From a virus, in the IMG/VR virus record IMGVR_UViG_3300022602_000033: a stretch of DNA of 64,000 bases. One strand, 5' to 3'. A model generated the notes under the pieces. It saw only the letters and a program-made list of their open reading frames with translations. It searched no databases and was not told the origin of the DNA. This document shows, in pieces, positions 10,047 through 18,913 of this stretch. Position 1 is the stretch's first letter, and each line of letters begins with the position of its first letter. The position numbers and the translations under genes are program-made.

Positions 10047-10378
10047 TGGCAGCAGTGGAATTTCACACGCTGGCGCCAGTGCGGGGCACCGTGCTGGTAC
10101 ACAACATAGAACAGGGTGAGAAGCGCACTCGTGGCGGCATCATCGTGCTGGATGACAACGGCAAGGAGATAGGAATAAAAGCTAGATGGTCACAGGTTTG
10201 GATGAAACATCCAGACATAGACGAGATCGAAGTGGGCGACTGGGTGCTGATCAAGCACGGTCGCTGGACACGCGGCATCGACGTTGTTGGACCAGACGGA
10301 GTCAAAGTTACCATACGCAAAGTTGACTGGCCAGACGCGGTCATAGTGGGCTGCGCAGAATGCCCCATAGAGACTTGA
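10046..10378 (+). CDS. groES: Co-chaperonin GroES (Cpn10)
   Basis: L.P..G.VLV, mobile loop EKRTRGGIIV, IEVGDWVL motifs. Confidence 0.88.
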   Translation: MAAVEFHTLAPVRGTVLVHNIEQGEKRTRGGIIVLDDNGKEIGIKARWSQVWMKHPDIDEIEVGDWVLIKHGRWTRGIDVVGPDGVKVTIRKVDWPDAVIVGCAECPIET

Positions 10379-10382
10379 TGCC

Positions 10383-10411
10383 TTGACTGATCTCAGCTAT
10401 CATGTTACACT
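10383..10411 (+). promoter_or_regulatory. sigma70-type early/middle promoter (TTGACT-17-TACACT, extended TG)
   Basis: Near-consensus -35/-10 with 17-bp spacer upstream of the clamp loader. Confidence 0.65.
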
Positions 10412-10437
10412 AACTGGTAGAATGGAGAACAGTAGAT

Positions 10438-11853
10438 ATGGCAAGAGATACGCGTCTGTGGGTTGAGATTCATCGCCCAAGAGACCTCAGCGAGTATGTG
10501 TGGGTCAATGACGCACAGCGGTCACAGGTCGAGGGCTGGGTGCGCGACAAGACCATCCCGAGCATGATTTTGTCCGGGTCCCCCGGCACGGGCAAATGCC
10601 TTGGTGCGGATGAGAAGATCACGATCAGAGTTGATCGTTCCAGATTGATCGAGCCAAACAGTTCATACTTGGATGAAAGCCACACCACCACAGTGCAGTT
10701 GGAAATACGCATGTTGGATCTGTTTGCCATGCTGGGTTGTGAATCTGCTGCATACGAGCAAGCACAGGACATATCGCAAGCTGGGATCACAGTCAACACA
10801 CCAAACGGTTGGCAACCCATACAGGCGTTGGTGCGCAAGCACACGGCCGCAGCCAGATATTCGCTGGCCAATGATCTAGATGTGGTCTGTGCTACCAAGC
10901 ATCTGGTGTTTGAGAATGGACAGTGCAAGACCATAAACACCTGTGCATCAGTTGACACCATCACTGGGCCCGTGGATATCATAGGTAGCGAATATCTGGG
11001 CGACCAAGATCTCTATGACATCGCCATACCAGCTCCACATGTGTACATGACCACCAATGGTGTGCTACATCACAACACCAGCCTTGCCAAGTGCCTGTTC
11101 AATGAGCTGGGCGTGGACAGCAGTGACATCCGTTATGTGAATGCCAGCCATACCAACGGCGTGGATGACATGCGTGCGCTGGGCAGGTTTGCTGAGACCA
11201 TGCCCATGGGAGAGTTCAGATACGTGCTGCTGGACGAAGGTGACATGCTGAGCATTCCGGCGCAGACAGTGCTGAGAAACATGATGGAAGAATACAGCAA
11301 CATCTGCCGCTGGATCATCACCTGCAACTACCCACACAAGATAATCCCAGCGCTGCATTCAAGGACGCAGGGCTTCCATATCGAGCACCTAGACCGTGAG
11401 CTGTTCGTAGAGCGCATCGCCACGATCTTGATCGCAGAGGGCGTTGATCTCACTGCGGAAAATCTGGAGATCTTGGATGAATACAGCACAGCCACATACC
11501 CAGATCTGAGAAAGTGCATCAACCTCTTACAGCAGAACTGTGCAGATGGTCAGCTGAAACGTCCTGCCAAGGGCGGTGGCCAGGGCACCATGGATTACAT
11601 GATTGCTGCCATCAACCTGTTCAAGCAGGGCAAGATACATGATGCTCGCAAGATCGTGTGTGCCAATGCCAGGACAGAAGACTATGAAGAGATCTACAAG
11701 CTGCTGTATCGCAACTTGGATTGGTGGGGTGCCAGCGAGCAACAGCAACATGCTGCCATCGTGATCATAGCAAACAGGCTTCGCGACCATGGACTAGTAG
11801 CAGATAGTGAAATAAATTTGGCCGCAGCGCTCATAGAGTTGGCCAGCCTCTGA
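10438..11853 (+). CDS. Sliding-clamp loader AAA+ subunit (RFC small / T4 gp44-like), intein-containing
   Basis: LWVE.HRP box, Walker A GSPGTGK/T, NAS, Walker B LLDEGD, LR..MEE, ALHSR, DLRK.IN.LQ. Confidence 0.93.
   Translation: MARDTRLWVEIHRPRDLSEYVWVNDAQRSQVEGWVRDKTIPSMILSGSPGTGKCLGADEKITIRVDRSRLIEPNSSYLDESHTTTVQLEIRMLDLFAMLGCESAAYEQAQDISQAGITVNTPNGWQPIQALVRKHTAAARYSLANDLDVVCATKHLVFENGQCKTINTCASVDTITGPVDIIGSEYLGDQDLYDIAIPAPHVYMTTNGVLHHNTSLAKCLFNELGVDSSDIRYVNASHTNGVDDMRALGRFAETMPMGEFRYVLLDEGDMLSIPAQTVLRNMMEEYSNICRWIITCNYPHKIIPALHSRTQGFHIEHLDRELFVERIATILIAEGVDLTAENLEILDEYSTATYPDLRKCINLLQQNCADGQLKRPAKGGGQGTMDYMIAAINLFKQGKIHDARKIVCANARTEDYEEIYKLLYRNLDWWGASEQQQHAAIVIIANRLRDHGLVADSEINLAAALIELASL
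10597..11076 (+). mobile_element. Mini-intein (160 aa, no homing endonuclease) in Walker A of clamp loader
   Basis: Begins CL after GK; block B AT.H; block F LYDI; ends NGVLHHN followed by extein Thr. Removal restores GTGKTS. Confidence 0.93.
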
Positions 11854-11860
11854 TCAGTAA

Positions 11861-12973
11861 TTAAAGTTCAGCACTTGCTGTAAAGTAATTTGCAGCTGTG
11901 GTCCACCAAGCACAGCCTCCTGTGCCACCCGTGGATGTAGCTCCAAAACTAAACGCTGTTTGTCCCGTATACAGCACGCTAGGGGTGTTGTAATCTGAAG
12001 TTTTTTGTATAGTGCCTACTATAGATACCGTGGGTACTATACGTTTATACACCATCGGCACATTTACCACTGCTGCCCACCAGCCGGCAGCATTGGATCC
12101 TTGTATAGCATAGAAGCCGTGATCAGTGTTACCCAGTACTTCAAAGTAGCGCTGGCATAAGAACAGTTCTTGTCCATACTGCCTGCGCTCAAACGGTGTG
12201 GCCACAGAACCTACCTCGGCCTGTGCGTAGCTGATATCAACACTGACACCGGAAGCAATACCACTATTAAAGGCTATGCCAAATTCCTGGCCAAGATTGG
12301 CAGTGCTGTTCAGAGTAGCAGTGACTGTTATGATGTTCAATCCAGAATTCACAGTAACACCTGTGCTAAAGCTGGTGGTGGTGCTGGCATAGTTGTTGGT
12401 AGCAGTCGGGCTTAAAGCGTATAGGGATACTCCGGTTATAGCAGTGCTGGCGTAGATCAACACCCTGAATGTGACCTGTGTACTTGATAGATCATCAGTG
12501 TTGAGATTTTCCACACGCTGACCAAAGTTGCAGCCAGTGCTGCCAGTGTTTCCAGTTATGCGGAATGCATAGGGAGTACCAGTGTTGGTACCAGCTACCT
12601 GTTGGCCGGTGAGCGTTGCACCTGTGGGATAGATGAACCATCTGTCCACACCATAGTTAAGCTGACCAAGGCTAGCTGTGTAGCTGGCTCCGCTGCGACG
12701 CTGGTCAATTTCCATGGCACCATTTATCAACCTATTGCGCATGCCAAAGCTTTTGCTAGTCATGAACTGGCTGGCATCGCCCATGGTAACTACACCATTG
12801 ACCTGCAGCGCAGTGGTGGGTGTGCTGGTGCCTATGCCTATGCTGGTGCTGGCTGTGACTGTAGATGCTGACAGTGACTGAGCGGTTAACACCACGTTGT
12901 TGCCAGTGTTGTTCAACACTGCAGATCCAGCGCTTGCGCTCAGTCCCAGGGTTCCGTCAAGGTAAAGGCTCAT
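11861..12973 (-). CDS. Fibre/adhesin protein, CQRY-AEL family (class A N-terminus)
   Basis: RNRLINGAM.IDQR...ATPFERR.YG.EL.LCQRY...SAEL; carbohydrate-binding-like beta domain. Confidence 0.8.
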   Translation of the reverse strand: MSLYLDGTLGLSASAGSAVLNNTGNNVVLTAQSLSASTVTASTSIGIGTSTPTTALQVNGVVTMGDASQFMTSKSFGMRNRLINGAMEIDQRRSGASYTASLGQLNYGVDRWFIYPTGATLTGQQVAGTNTGTPYAFRITGNTGSTGCNFGQRVENLNTDDLSSTQVTFRVLIYASTAITGVSLYALSPTATNNYASTTTSFSTGVTVNSGLNIITVTATLNSTANLGQEFGIAFNSGIASGVSVDISYAQAEVGSVATPFERRQYGQELFLCQRYFEVLGNTDHGFYAIQGSNAAGWWAAVVNVPMVYKRIVPTVSIVGTIQKTSDYNTPSVLYTGQTAFSFGATSTGGTGGCAWWTTAANYFTASAEL

Positions 12974-12976
12974 GTG

Positions 12977-14077
12977 TTATAGCTCCGCTGAAAATTTGAC
13001 ACGTGCCGATGTGTTAGCAGCCTGCGCGAATGATGCGTTGCCTGCTACCAATCCCGATGCCACTGTGATCTGAAGCAGCGCAGTCTGCACATCAGCTGTG
13101 CTCATGGTGCTGGCCGTCCAAGTCAATGCACTGCCCACGCTGGCATTGACCATGTACCAGTCTGAGTTAGCTGACACTGAAAAATTGCTGCCGGAGGGTG
13201 CTGTTCTCAGTGTAACAGGGAACACTATGGGGATGTATGCTGTGGTACCAGATGCTGCCTGTCCGGTTGGCAGAGCTTGAGCAGCCACGCCACCTATCTG
13301 GAAATAGTAGCGCTGGCACAGTGACAATTCCTGTCCATAAAGCCTACGCTCGAACGGTGTCGCTATTGTGCCTGGTTCTACCTGTACGCCAGTTATGTAA
13401 CCAGCCACGCCAAAACTGCCGATGTAAACCAACACAGCAGGCTGTGAGCCAGTTGGCGTCCCGCTCACCGTGAACGTCAAGGACACTTTAGACCACGATG
13501 TTGTGAAGCTGAAAGTCTGCGCTGATCCCCAGTTGTTGAGAGATCCTGCTGCTACACCATCTGCCCAGCCGATGCTGGCTGTTGAGGTACCAGCTGATGC
13601 GCCCTGTACCCAGAAGCTCATGGTCCAAACAGAACCAATCACATATTCCCCCGGCAGTCCGGCACCAGGCAGTTCTATGCTTTGGCGGAGATCAGCATTG
13701 TTGAGATAGGCTGAATAGGTGAAGCCTTGTCCCGAGGGCACAGTGGTCGAACGTGCATAGTCTCCAGCAGCGGCACCTGCTTTATATGATGCGAATCTGT
13801 CAGCTCCAAATATCACGCTGTTAGGCTGGAAAGACGTGCCACGCTGCCATATCTGCATGGCACCATTGATGATGCGATTTCTCATGCCAAAGCTGTTCAC
13901 GGTCACGTACTGGCTGCCATCGCCCATGGTCACGGCCACGTTGCTTCCCATGGTCAGCACGTTGTTGGCCAGCGTGAGCTGCGTGCCGCCGTAGCCAGTG
14001 CTGAACTGCAGCTGACCGCTGGCATCAGGCTGCAGTGCTAGTCCAGTACCAGTGTTGCTGGTGATAACTGATGCCAT
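12977..14077 (-). CDS. Fibre/adhesin protein, CQRY-AEL family (class B N-terminus)
   Basis: Same motif set; N-terminus MASVI..TGL...DASGQLQF. Confidence 0.8.
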   Translation of the reverse strand: MASVITSNTGTGLALQPDASGQLQFSTGYGGTQLTLANNVLTMGSNVAVTMGDGSQYVTVNSFGMRNRIINGAMQIWQRGTSFQPNSVIFGADRFASYKAGAAAGDYARSTTVPSGQGFTYSAYLNNADLRQSIELPGAGLPGEYVIGSVWTMSFWVQGASAGTSTASIGWADGVAAGSLNNWGSAQTFSFTTSWSKVSLTFTVSGTPTGSQPAVLVYIGSFGVAGYITGVQVEPGTIATPFERRLYGQELSLCQRYYFQIGGVAAQALPTGQAASGTTAYIPIVFPVTLRTAPSGSNFSVSANSDWYMVNASVGSALTWTASTMSTADVQTALLQITVASGLVAGNASFAQAANTSARVKFSAEL

Positions 14078-14080
14078 GGT

Positions 14081-15193
14081 TTATAGCTCCGCCGTGAAAT
14101 CAAGATAATTTCCGCTGCTGCTGGCGATGATCATGGCTGCTCTGCCAGTGGTCAAGCTTCCGCCTGCGCTGTTGGTGCCCACGTTGAAGCTGGCAGCGAC
14201 CGTGCCAGATGATTGCGCACTGATGCTGGTAACACCATTGATCACGGAACCATCATACACGCTGACTCCGCTGTAGCCAACGGTTGGCGCTGCTCGCATG
14301 GTCACCGGATTCACTGCTGTGATCTGGGCCGCGCTAGTAGCGCCATTGACCGCACCCACTGCCATGGTCTGGCTGCCAGATGCTGCCACATATGTGTTAC
14401 GGTAATAGTACCTCTGGCACAGTGCTAGCTCTGTAGTAAACTGCCTGTACTCAAACGGCGTTGCTGTGCCAGCCCGCTCCAGCTGCACACCAGTGATGTA
14501 GAATGTGGCACCTGAGGTACCCACTACATTCACCGAACCTGTTGGAGCTATGTAGGTACTATTGGTCCAAGCATTGGCAGGTCCGGTAAAGCTGCTACCT
14601 GTACCTAGTGCCCAGCTTACCAATATGCCTGCAGTGTTATTGGTTGGATAACTTCCTGTGGTATCGCCAGGGATGATTACAGTAATATATGTCCAGGTAT
14701 TGGCTGCTGAGATTGTGTACAAGAAAGGATACCATCTGGCACCACTTCCCTGTGCAATACTAGCGCCAAATGATCCAGTCAGCGATGAGTACACATAGAA
14801 ACTCAGAGTCACTGTCTTGGCATTGGCAGTGCCCCATGCTAGATCGGCTGTGTTGTAGCCTTCAATGCTCTGCCGTATGAGAAAATAATCACTGGATAGA
14901 ACGCTGTAGGCGCTGGATGATGTGAGACCCTGGTAATTAGCAAAACCCACGGGCGGACTAACTGAACCAGCATTCTGTTGGGCGGTGAATTTGGATACCT
15001 GTGTTCCTTGAAACCAGAATCTGTCAACCATGTATTGGCCGCTGGTTGGGGTTATAACAGACCCGGCATTCCTCTGGTCTATGACCATGGCGCCGTTGAT
15101 GATGCGGTTCCTGAAACCAGTGTAGCCGCTGGTGGGCTGAGCTGACCCATCTGGGAAGGTTAGACCGTTGATGCCATCCACATACAAGCTCAT
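14081..15193 (-). CDS. Fibre/adhesin protein, CQRY-AEL family (class A N-terminus)
   Basis: Start at 15193 (MSLYVDGING) overlaps the upstream stop as ATGA; same motifs. Confidence 0.8.
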   Translation of the reverse strand: MSLYVDGINGLTFPDGSAQPTSGYTGFRNRIINGAMVIDQRNAGSVITPTSGQYMVDRFWFQGTQVSKFTAQQNAGSVSPPVGFANYQGLTSSSAYSVLSSDYFLIRQSIEGYNTADLAWGTANAKTVTLSFYVYSSLTGSFGASIAQGSGARWYPFLYTISAANTWTYITVIIPGDTTGSYPTNNTAGILVSWALGTGSSFTGPANAWTNSTYIAPTGSVNVVGTSGATFYITGVQLERAGTATPFEYRQFTTELALCQRYYYRNTYVAASGSQTMAVGAVNGATSAAQITAVNPVTMRAAPTVGYSGVSVYDGSVINGVTSISAQSSGTVAASFNVGTNSAGGSLTTGRAAMIIASSSGNYLDFTAEL

Positions 15194-15663
15194 ATGATCA
15201 CCCACCTAGTTCCTGGTTGCACTGTGACGTTGGCCCCTGGGTTCAGAGTGATGTTGCCCACGCTGAACGCATTCTGGTTTGTGGGTATGGTATAGGCTGC
15301 GCTGATGGTCTTGTTGGTGCTCTGTATCACCCCGCTGGGATCAGTGGTGAAGTTGTTGGCGTTCATGTTGCCACCAACCTGCAGCGCTGTGACAGGGCTG
15401 GCAGTGCCTATGCCCACGTTGCCACCATAGACGTTCAGCGCTGCGGTGGGGCTCACAGTGTTGATACCAACCTGACCAGCAGCATTGATCACCAGCACCT
15501 GCGCAGTGTTGGTCACCAAGCTCAGCGTGTTGGTGCTTGGACTGAACATGCCCACGGGTACCGTGGTACCAACCGCGACATTGACGTTGTTCACAGTGAG
15601 GCCGCCCGTGACGTTGAAGGCACTGCTCTGTGATATCAGCGTGGGTATTACCTGATCAACCAT
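15190..15663 (-). CDS. Short fibre adaptor with C-terminal 'WVII' domain (class D N-terminus)
   Basis: GNVGIGT repeats; C-terminal YTIP...NA.SVG.IT...VTV..G.RWVII. Confidence 0.75.
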   Translation of the reverse strand: MVDQVIPTLISQSSAFNVTGGLTVNNVNVAVGTTVPVGMFSPSTNTLSLVTNTAQVLVINAAGQVGINTVSPTAALNVYGGNVGIGTASPVTALQVGGNMNANNFTTDPSGVIQSTNKTISAAYTIPTNQNAFSVGNITLNPGANVTVQPGTRWVII

Positions 15664-15666
15664 GTG

Positions 15667-17169
15667 TCATAGCTCCGCATTGGCTGAAAGCGTTGGAGTT
15701 CCAGATCCACCGCTGACTGTGGCGTAAACTTGCCCAGTTGCCGTAGCTGTGACTCGTAGTGAGGCTCCGCTAGCTCCACTTAAACTCACTGTTGGCTGTC
15801 CATTGTTACCGCTAACGTTCCATGTGCCGTTCACAGCAACCACAGGAGATGCTCTCATGGTCACAGGCCATCTAACCATAGCGTCTAGATAGCTGCCACT
15901 GGTTAGATAGCCAGATGCTATCAGTGTTCCATCGCCTATAAGCAGGTAATACCTCTGGCAATCAACTAATACTTGATCATAGAGCTTGCGTTCAAATGGT
16001 GTGGCTACTGGACCTGGCTCTAGTTGGCAACCTGTGAAATCTATGTAATCCGCAGCACCTGCTGTGCCAGTGGTAACCCAGCTCCATCTCACGGCCATCT
16101 CGCCTATGCCAGCGCCTACTGGTATTGTAAATGAGAACCTGGTTCTTGTGGTAGTTGGTGTAAACGGGGCATTTAATATCTGAGTCTGGCCAGTCCACGT
16201 TGCACTGTTTAGAGATAATGTGCCTTGATCAGTGCCAGTTCCTGTCCATAGCTGTACTGATGCACTACCACCGCTATAGTTAGCACCAGCTGTGGCATAG
16301 AAGCTAAGTGTCACAGTCTGGCTTGATAGATCCACACAGTTATAGCTTTCTATGGTTTGCCCGGCATATAAAATCGGAGTACTAGCCTGGCCGTTACCAC
16401 GCTGTACACGCATAGCATAGGGGAAATCATATGCGCCGGTGGCTACTTGAAACACAGTGGCTACGCTGGTAATGCTGGCCAATGTCCACCATCTATCTGG
16501 ACCAAACACACCAGAACCAGAGCTAGTTATGGTTGCACCGCTACCAGTGGCCTGCCTCTGTGATATCTGCATGGCACCGTTTATCAAGCGATTGCGCAGG
16601 AAGCTGCTGCCCATGATCACGGTGTTCTGCACGTTCACGTTACCCTGCACGTCCAAGGTCTGTTGTGGGGCTGTGCTACCTATACCCACGTTGCCCGTGC
16701 TGGTTATGCGCATGCGCTCTGAAACACCAGAACCATTAGAAAGGTTAGTTCCAAAAAGTAAATTATCGCCAGAAGCGCCTAAACTAACACCGTAACCAGA
16801 GGTAGATGATTGTAAATTCAACCAAGATGTAACCGAAGTGCCTGCTGATGCAAATTGAGCCAGTAAATCTCCATATGCTGCGAATGTGTTATAGCCATTT
16901 ACGGTTAATTTCCCTCTAGATGACACAGTTCCAATATTGAGGTTGCCACCAGCATCAATGACCATCTGCTGTGCACCGCTGGTCCTGAACTGTATGGGCA
17001 GTGCGTTCTGCGTGCCTATGACCAGCGCACTGCCGTTGAAGCTGATGTTGCCACCACCAGTGCCGATGCCCACGTTGCCACCGAAGACTGTGTTGCCAAG
17101 GATGTCCGTGACCATGGCGATGTTGCCAGCGCTGGGATTGACTATGTTTACGACTTTGAGATAGCTCAT
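15667..17169 (-). CDS. Fibre/adhesin protein, CQRY-AEL family with ERMRI shaft repeats
   Basis: MSYLKV start, ERMRITS.GNVGIG, RNRLING...CQRY...NAEL. Confidence 0.8.
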   Translation of the reverse strand: MSYLKVVNIVNPSAGNIAMVTDILGNTVFGGNVGIGTGGGNISFNGSALVIGTQNALPIQFRTSGAQQMVIDAGGNLNIGTVSSRGKLTVNGYNTFAAYGDLLAQFASAGTSVTSWLNLQSSTSGYGVSLGASGDNLLFGTNLSNGSGVSERMRITSTGNVGIGSTAPQQTLDVQGNVNVQNTVIMGSSFLRNRLINGAMQISQRQATGSGATITSSGSGVFGPDRWWTLASITSVATVFQVATGAYDFPYAMRVQRGNGQASTPILYAGQTIESYNCVDLSSQTVTLSFYATAGANYSGGSASVQLWTGTGTDQGTLSLNSATWTGQTQILNAPFTPTTTRTRFSFTIPVGAGIGEMAVRWSWVTTGTAGAADYIDFTGCQLEPGPVATPFERKLYDQVLVDCQRYYLLIGDGTLIASGYLTSGSYLDAMVRWPVTMRASPVVAVNGTWNVSGNNGQPTVSLSGASGASLRVTATATGQVYATVSGGSGTPTLSANAEL

Positions 17170-17195
17170 TGCGCGGATCCGGCTAGTGTGCGGGA

Positions 17196-17201
17196 TATTT
17201 A
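17196..17201 (-). promoter_or_regulatory. Late promoter core TAAATA
   Basis: GCTAAATATC on - strand upstream of 17169. Confidence 0.65.
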
Positions 17202-17220
17202 GCTGGGCTAGCTTTGGCTA

Positions 17221-17316
17221 TTATCCATAGAGCACAGTGTTGTTGCTACTGTTGTTTAACACGGCAGATCCGCTGCTGGCGCTTATGCCAAGTGTTCCGT
17301 CGAGATAAAGGCTCAT
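17221..17316 (-). CDS. 31-aa mini-ORF: N-terminal plug only (paralog of the 11861 gene N-terminus); may be a remnant
   Basis: Reads MSLYLDGTLGISASSGSAVLNNSSNNTVLYG then TAA TAG; GGAG RBS at normal spacing. Below the ORF-track cutoff. Confidence 0.55.
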   Translation of the reverse strand: MSLYLDGTLGISASSGSAVLNNSSNNTVLYG

Positions 17317-17319
17317 GTG

Positions 17320-18894
17320 TTATAGCTCCGAGCTTACATACATGCCAACGCCAGTTAGTGCGCTGTTGAGATTGTTGCTGGAAAAGAACATGTAGCCCAT
17401 GCCAGTTGGTAAGGTCGAAGGAGCTACTAAGTCAAACAATATCACCTGAGAATTGATAACACTGCCCCCGTATTGCGTGATCGATGTTGGTCCGGTGTTT
17501 ATACCAGTGCCAACATAGCCATTTGACCCGCTGGCGAATGTAGAGGCCATGGTCTGCCAGTACCAAGTGGTGCCACTGATCAATCCAATTGACATTGTGC
17601 CGCGCTTGGGCACCAACATGTTTACCACGGCCTTGGCTGCGCTGCTGGTGGCATTGTACGTGGTTATACCACCGGCGATGTTTTCGTAATATCTCTGGCA
17701 AAGCTGCAATTCAGTTCCGTATAGCCTGCGCTCAAAAGGAGTGGCCACGCTGCCTATCTCCAGCTGCACCCCTGTGATATTAAAGGTAGAACCGTTGGTG
17801 TTCACCATGTTCACAGCACCAGTTGCCCCGTTATAGTTACCAGTGGCCCAGGCACCAGGTGTGGTAGAACCGGCCGTGCTTATCCCCAGTCCCCATTGTA
17901 TCAGCACGCCTATACCGTTGTTGGTGGTCCAAGCACCGCTGGTCTCTGGGGGTATGACAAGCGATATGAAGGTCCAAGTGTTGGCTGATGCAATGTTGTA
18001 CAGCGCAGGATAGGCTCTAGTGTTGGCACTGTTTTGGAGGCATATGCCAAAATTGCCAGTTAATGAACTGTATACCCAGAAACTCAATGTCGCATACTTG
18101 CCAGCAGCTGTGCCCCAGGCAAAGTCTGCTATGTTATAGCCCTCGATTGATTGGCTGATCCTGTAGAGATCACTACCAACCGTAGTAGCTGCTAGGCTAG
18201 TCACGCCGAGATAGTTGGTGAAACCGCTGGGCGGAGTCACAGAACCAGCGTTCTGCTGCACCGTGAACTTGCTGGCCTGCGAAGAATATGCCTGCCATCT
18301 ATCCAGCGTGTAAGTGCCTGCTCCTGCGGTCACGCTTGCGCCAGCATTGCGCTGATCGATCCTCATGTCACCGTTGATGATCCTGTTGCGAGGTCCAAGG
18401 CTCTGTGCAGTGTTAAACTGTGTAGCATCTGCAAAGCTAACTGTGCCATTAACTTGCAGTGCGCTGATCGGCGCCGTAGTTCCAACGCCAACGTTGCCAG
18501 AGCTGGTGATCCTCATGAGCTCTGTAGCACCACCTTGTGTGTTGAACGTGAGTGCACCGCCTGTGCCCACTGAGATGTTGGCAGTGCTGGTGGTGTAGAA
18601 GTAGAGACCGGTGCTGCTGCTGGCAGTGTTGGTATCACCTATGGCCAGCGCGGTATTGTTGCTGCCAAAGTGGCGCACTGTGAGCTTGCTGGCTGTGACG
18701 TTGGTAGTGGTGCCTATCAGCACGTTGCCCTGCTGGTCCACTCGCATGGCTTCTGCGCCGTTGACCGTGAATCCCATCACTGCGGTGTTGGGCCAGTAGA
18801 TGCCAGCGGTGTTGGTGCCGATGCCTATGGCTGGCGTCTGTGGCGTGCCTTGTGGGTTGACTATGCCAGCGCTGCCTGATAGTGTTAAGGTCAT
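17320..18894 (-). CDS. Fibre/adhesin protein, CQRY-SEL family
   Basis: E.MRI..GNVG repeats, RNRIINGDMRIDQR...CQRY...SSEL. Confidence 0.8.
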   Translation of the reverse strand: MTLTLSGSAGIVNPQGTPQTPAIGIGTNTAGIYWPNTAVMGFTVNGAEAMRVDQQGNVLIGTTTNVTASKLTVRHFGSNNTALAIGDTNTASSSTGLYFYTTSTANISVGTGGALTFNTQGGATELMRITSSGNVGVGTTAPISALQVNGTVSFADATQFNTAQSLGPRNRIINGDMRIDQRNAGASVTAGAGTYTLDRWQAYSSQASKFTVQQNAGSVTPPSGFTNYLGVTSLAATTVGSDLYRISQSIEGYNIADFAWGTAAGKYATLSFWVYSSLTGNFGICLQNSANTRAYPALYNIASANTWTFISLVIPPETSGAWTTNNGIGVLIQWGLGISTAGSTTPGAWATGNYNGATGAVNMVNTNGSTFNITGVQLEIGSVATPFERRLYGTELQLCQRYYENIAGGITTYNATSSAAKAVVNMLVPKRGTMSIGLISGTTWYWQTMASTFASGSNGYVGTGINTGPTSITQYGGSVINSQVILFDLVAPSTLPTGMGYMFFSSNNLNSALTGVGMYVSSEL

Positions 18895-18913
18895 GGGTTA
18901 CCTACTGCAAAAC

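Noticed and set aside
10597-11076. Homing endonuclease within the intein
   Set aside because: Only 160 aa, with no LAGLIDADG or HNH motif.
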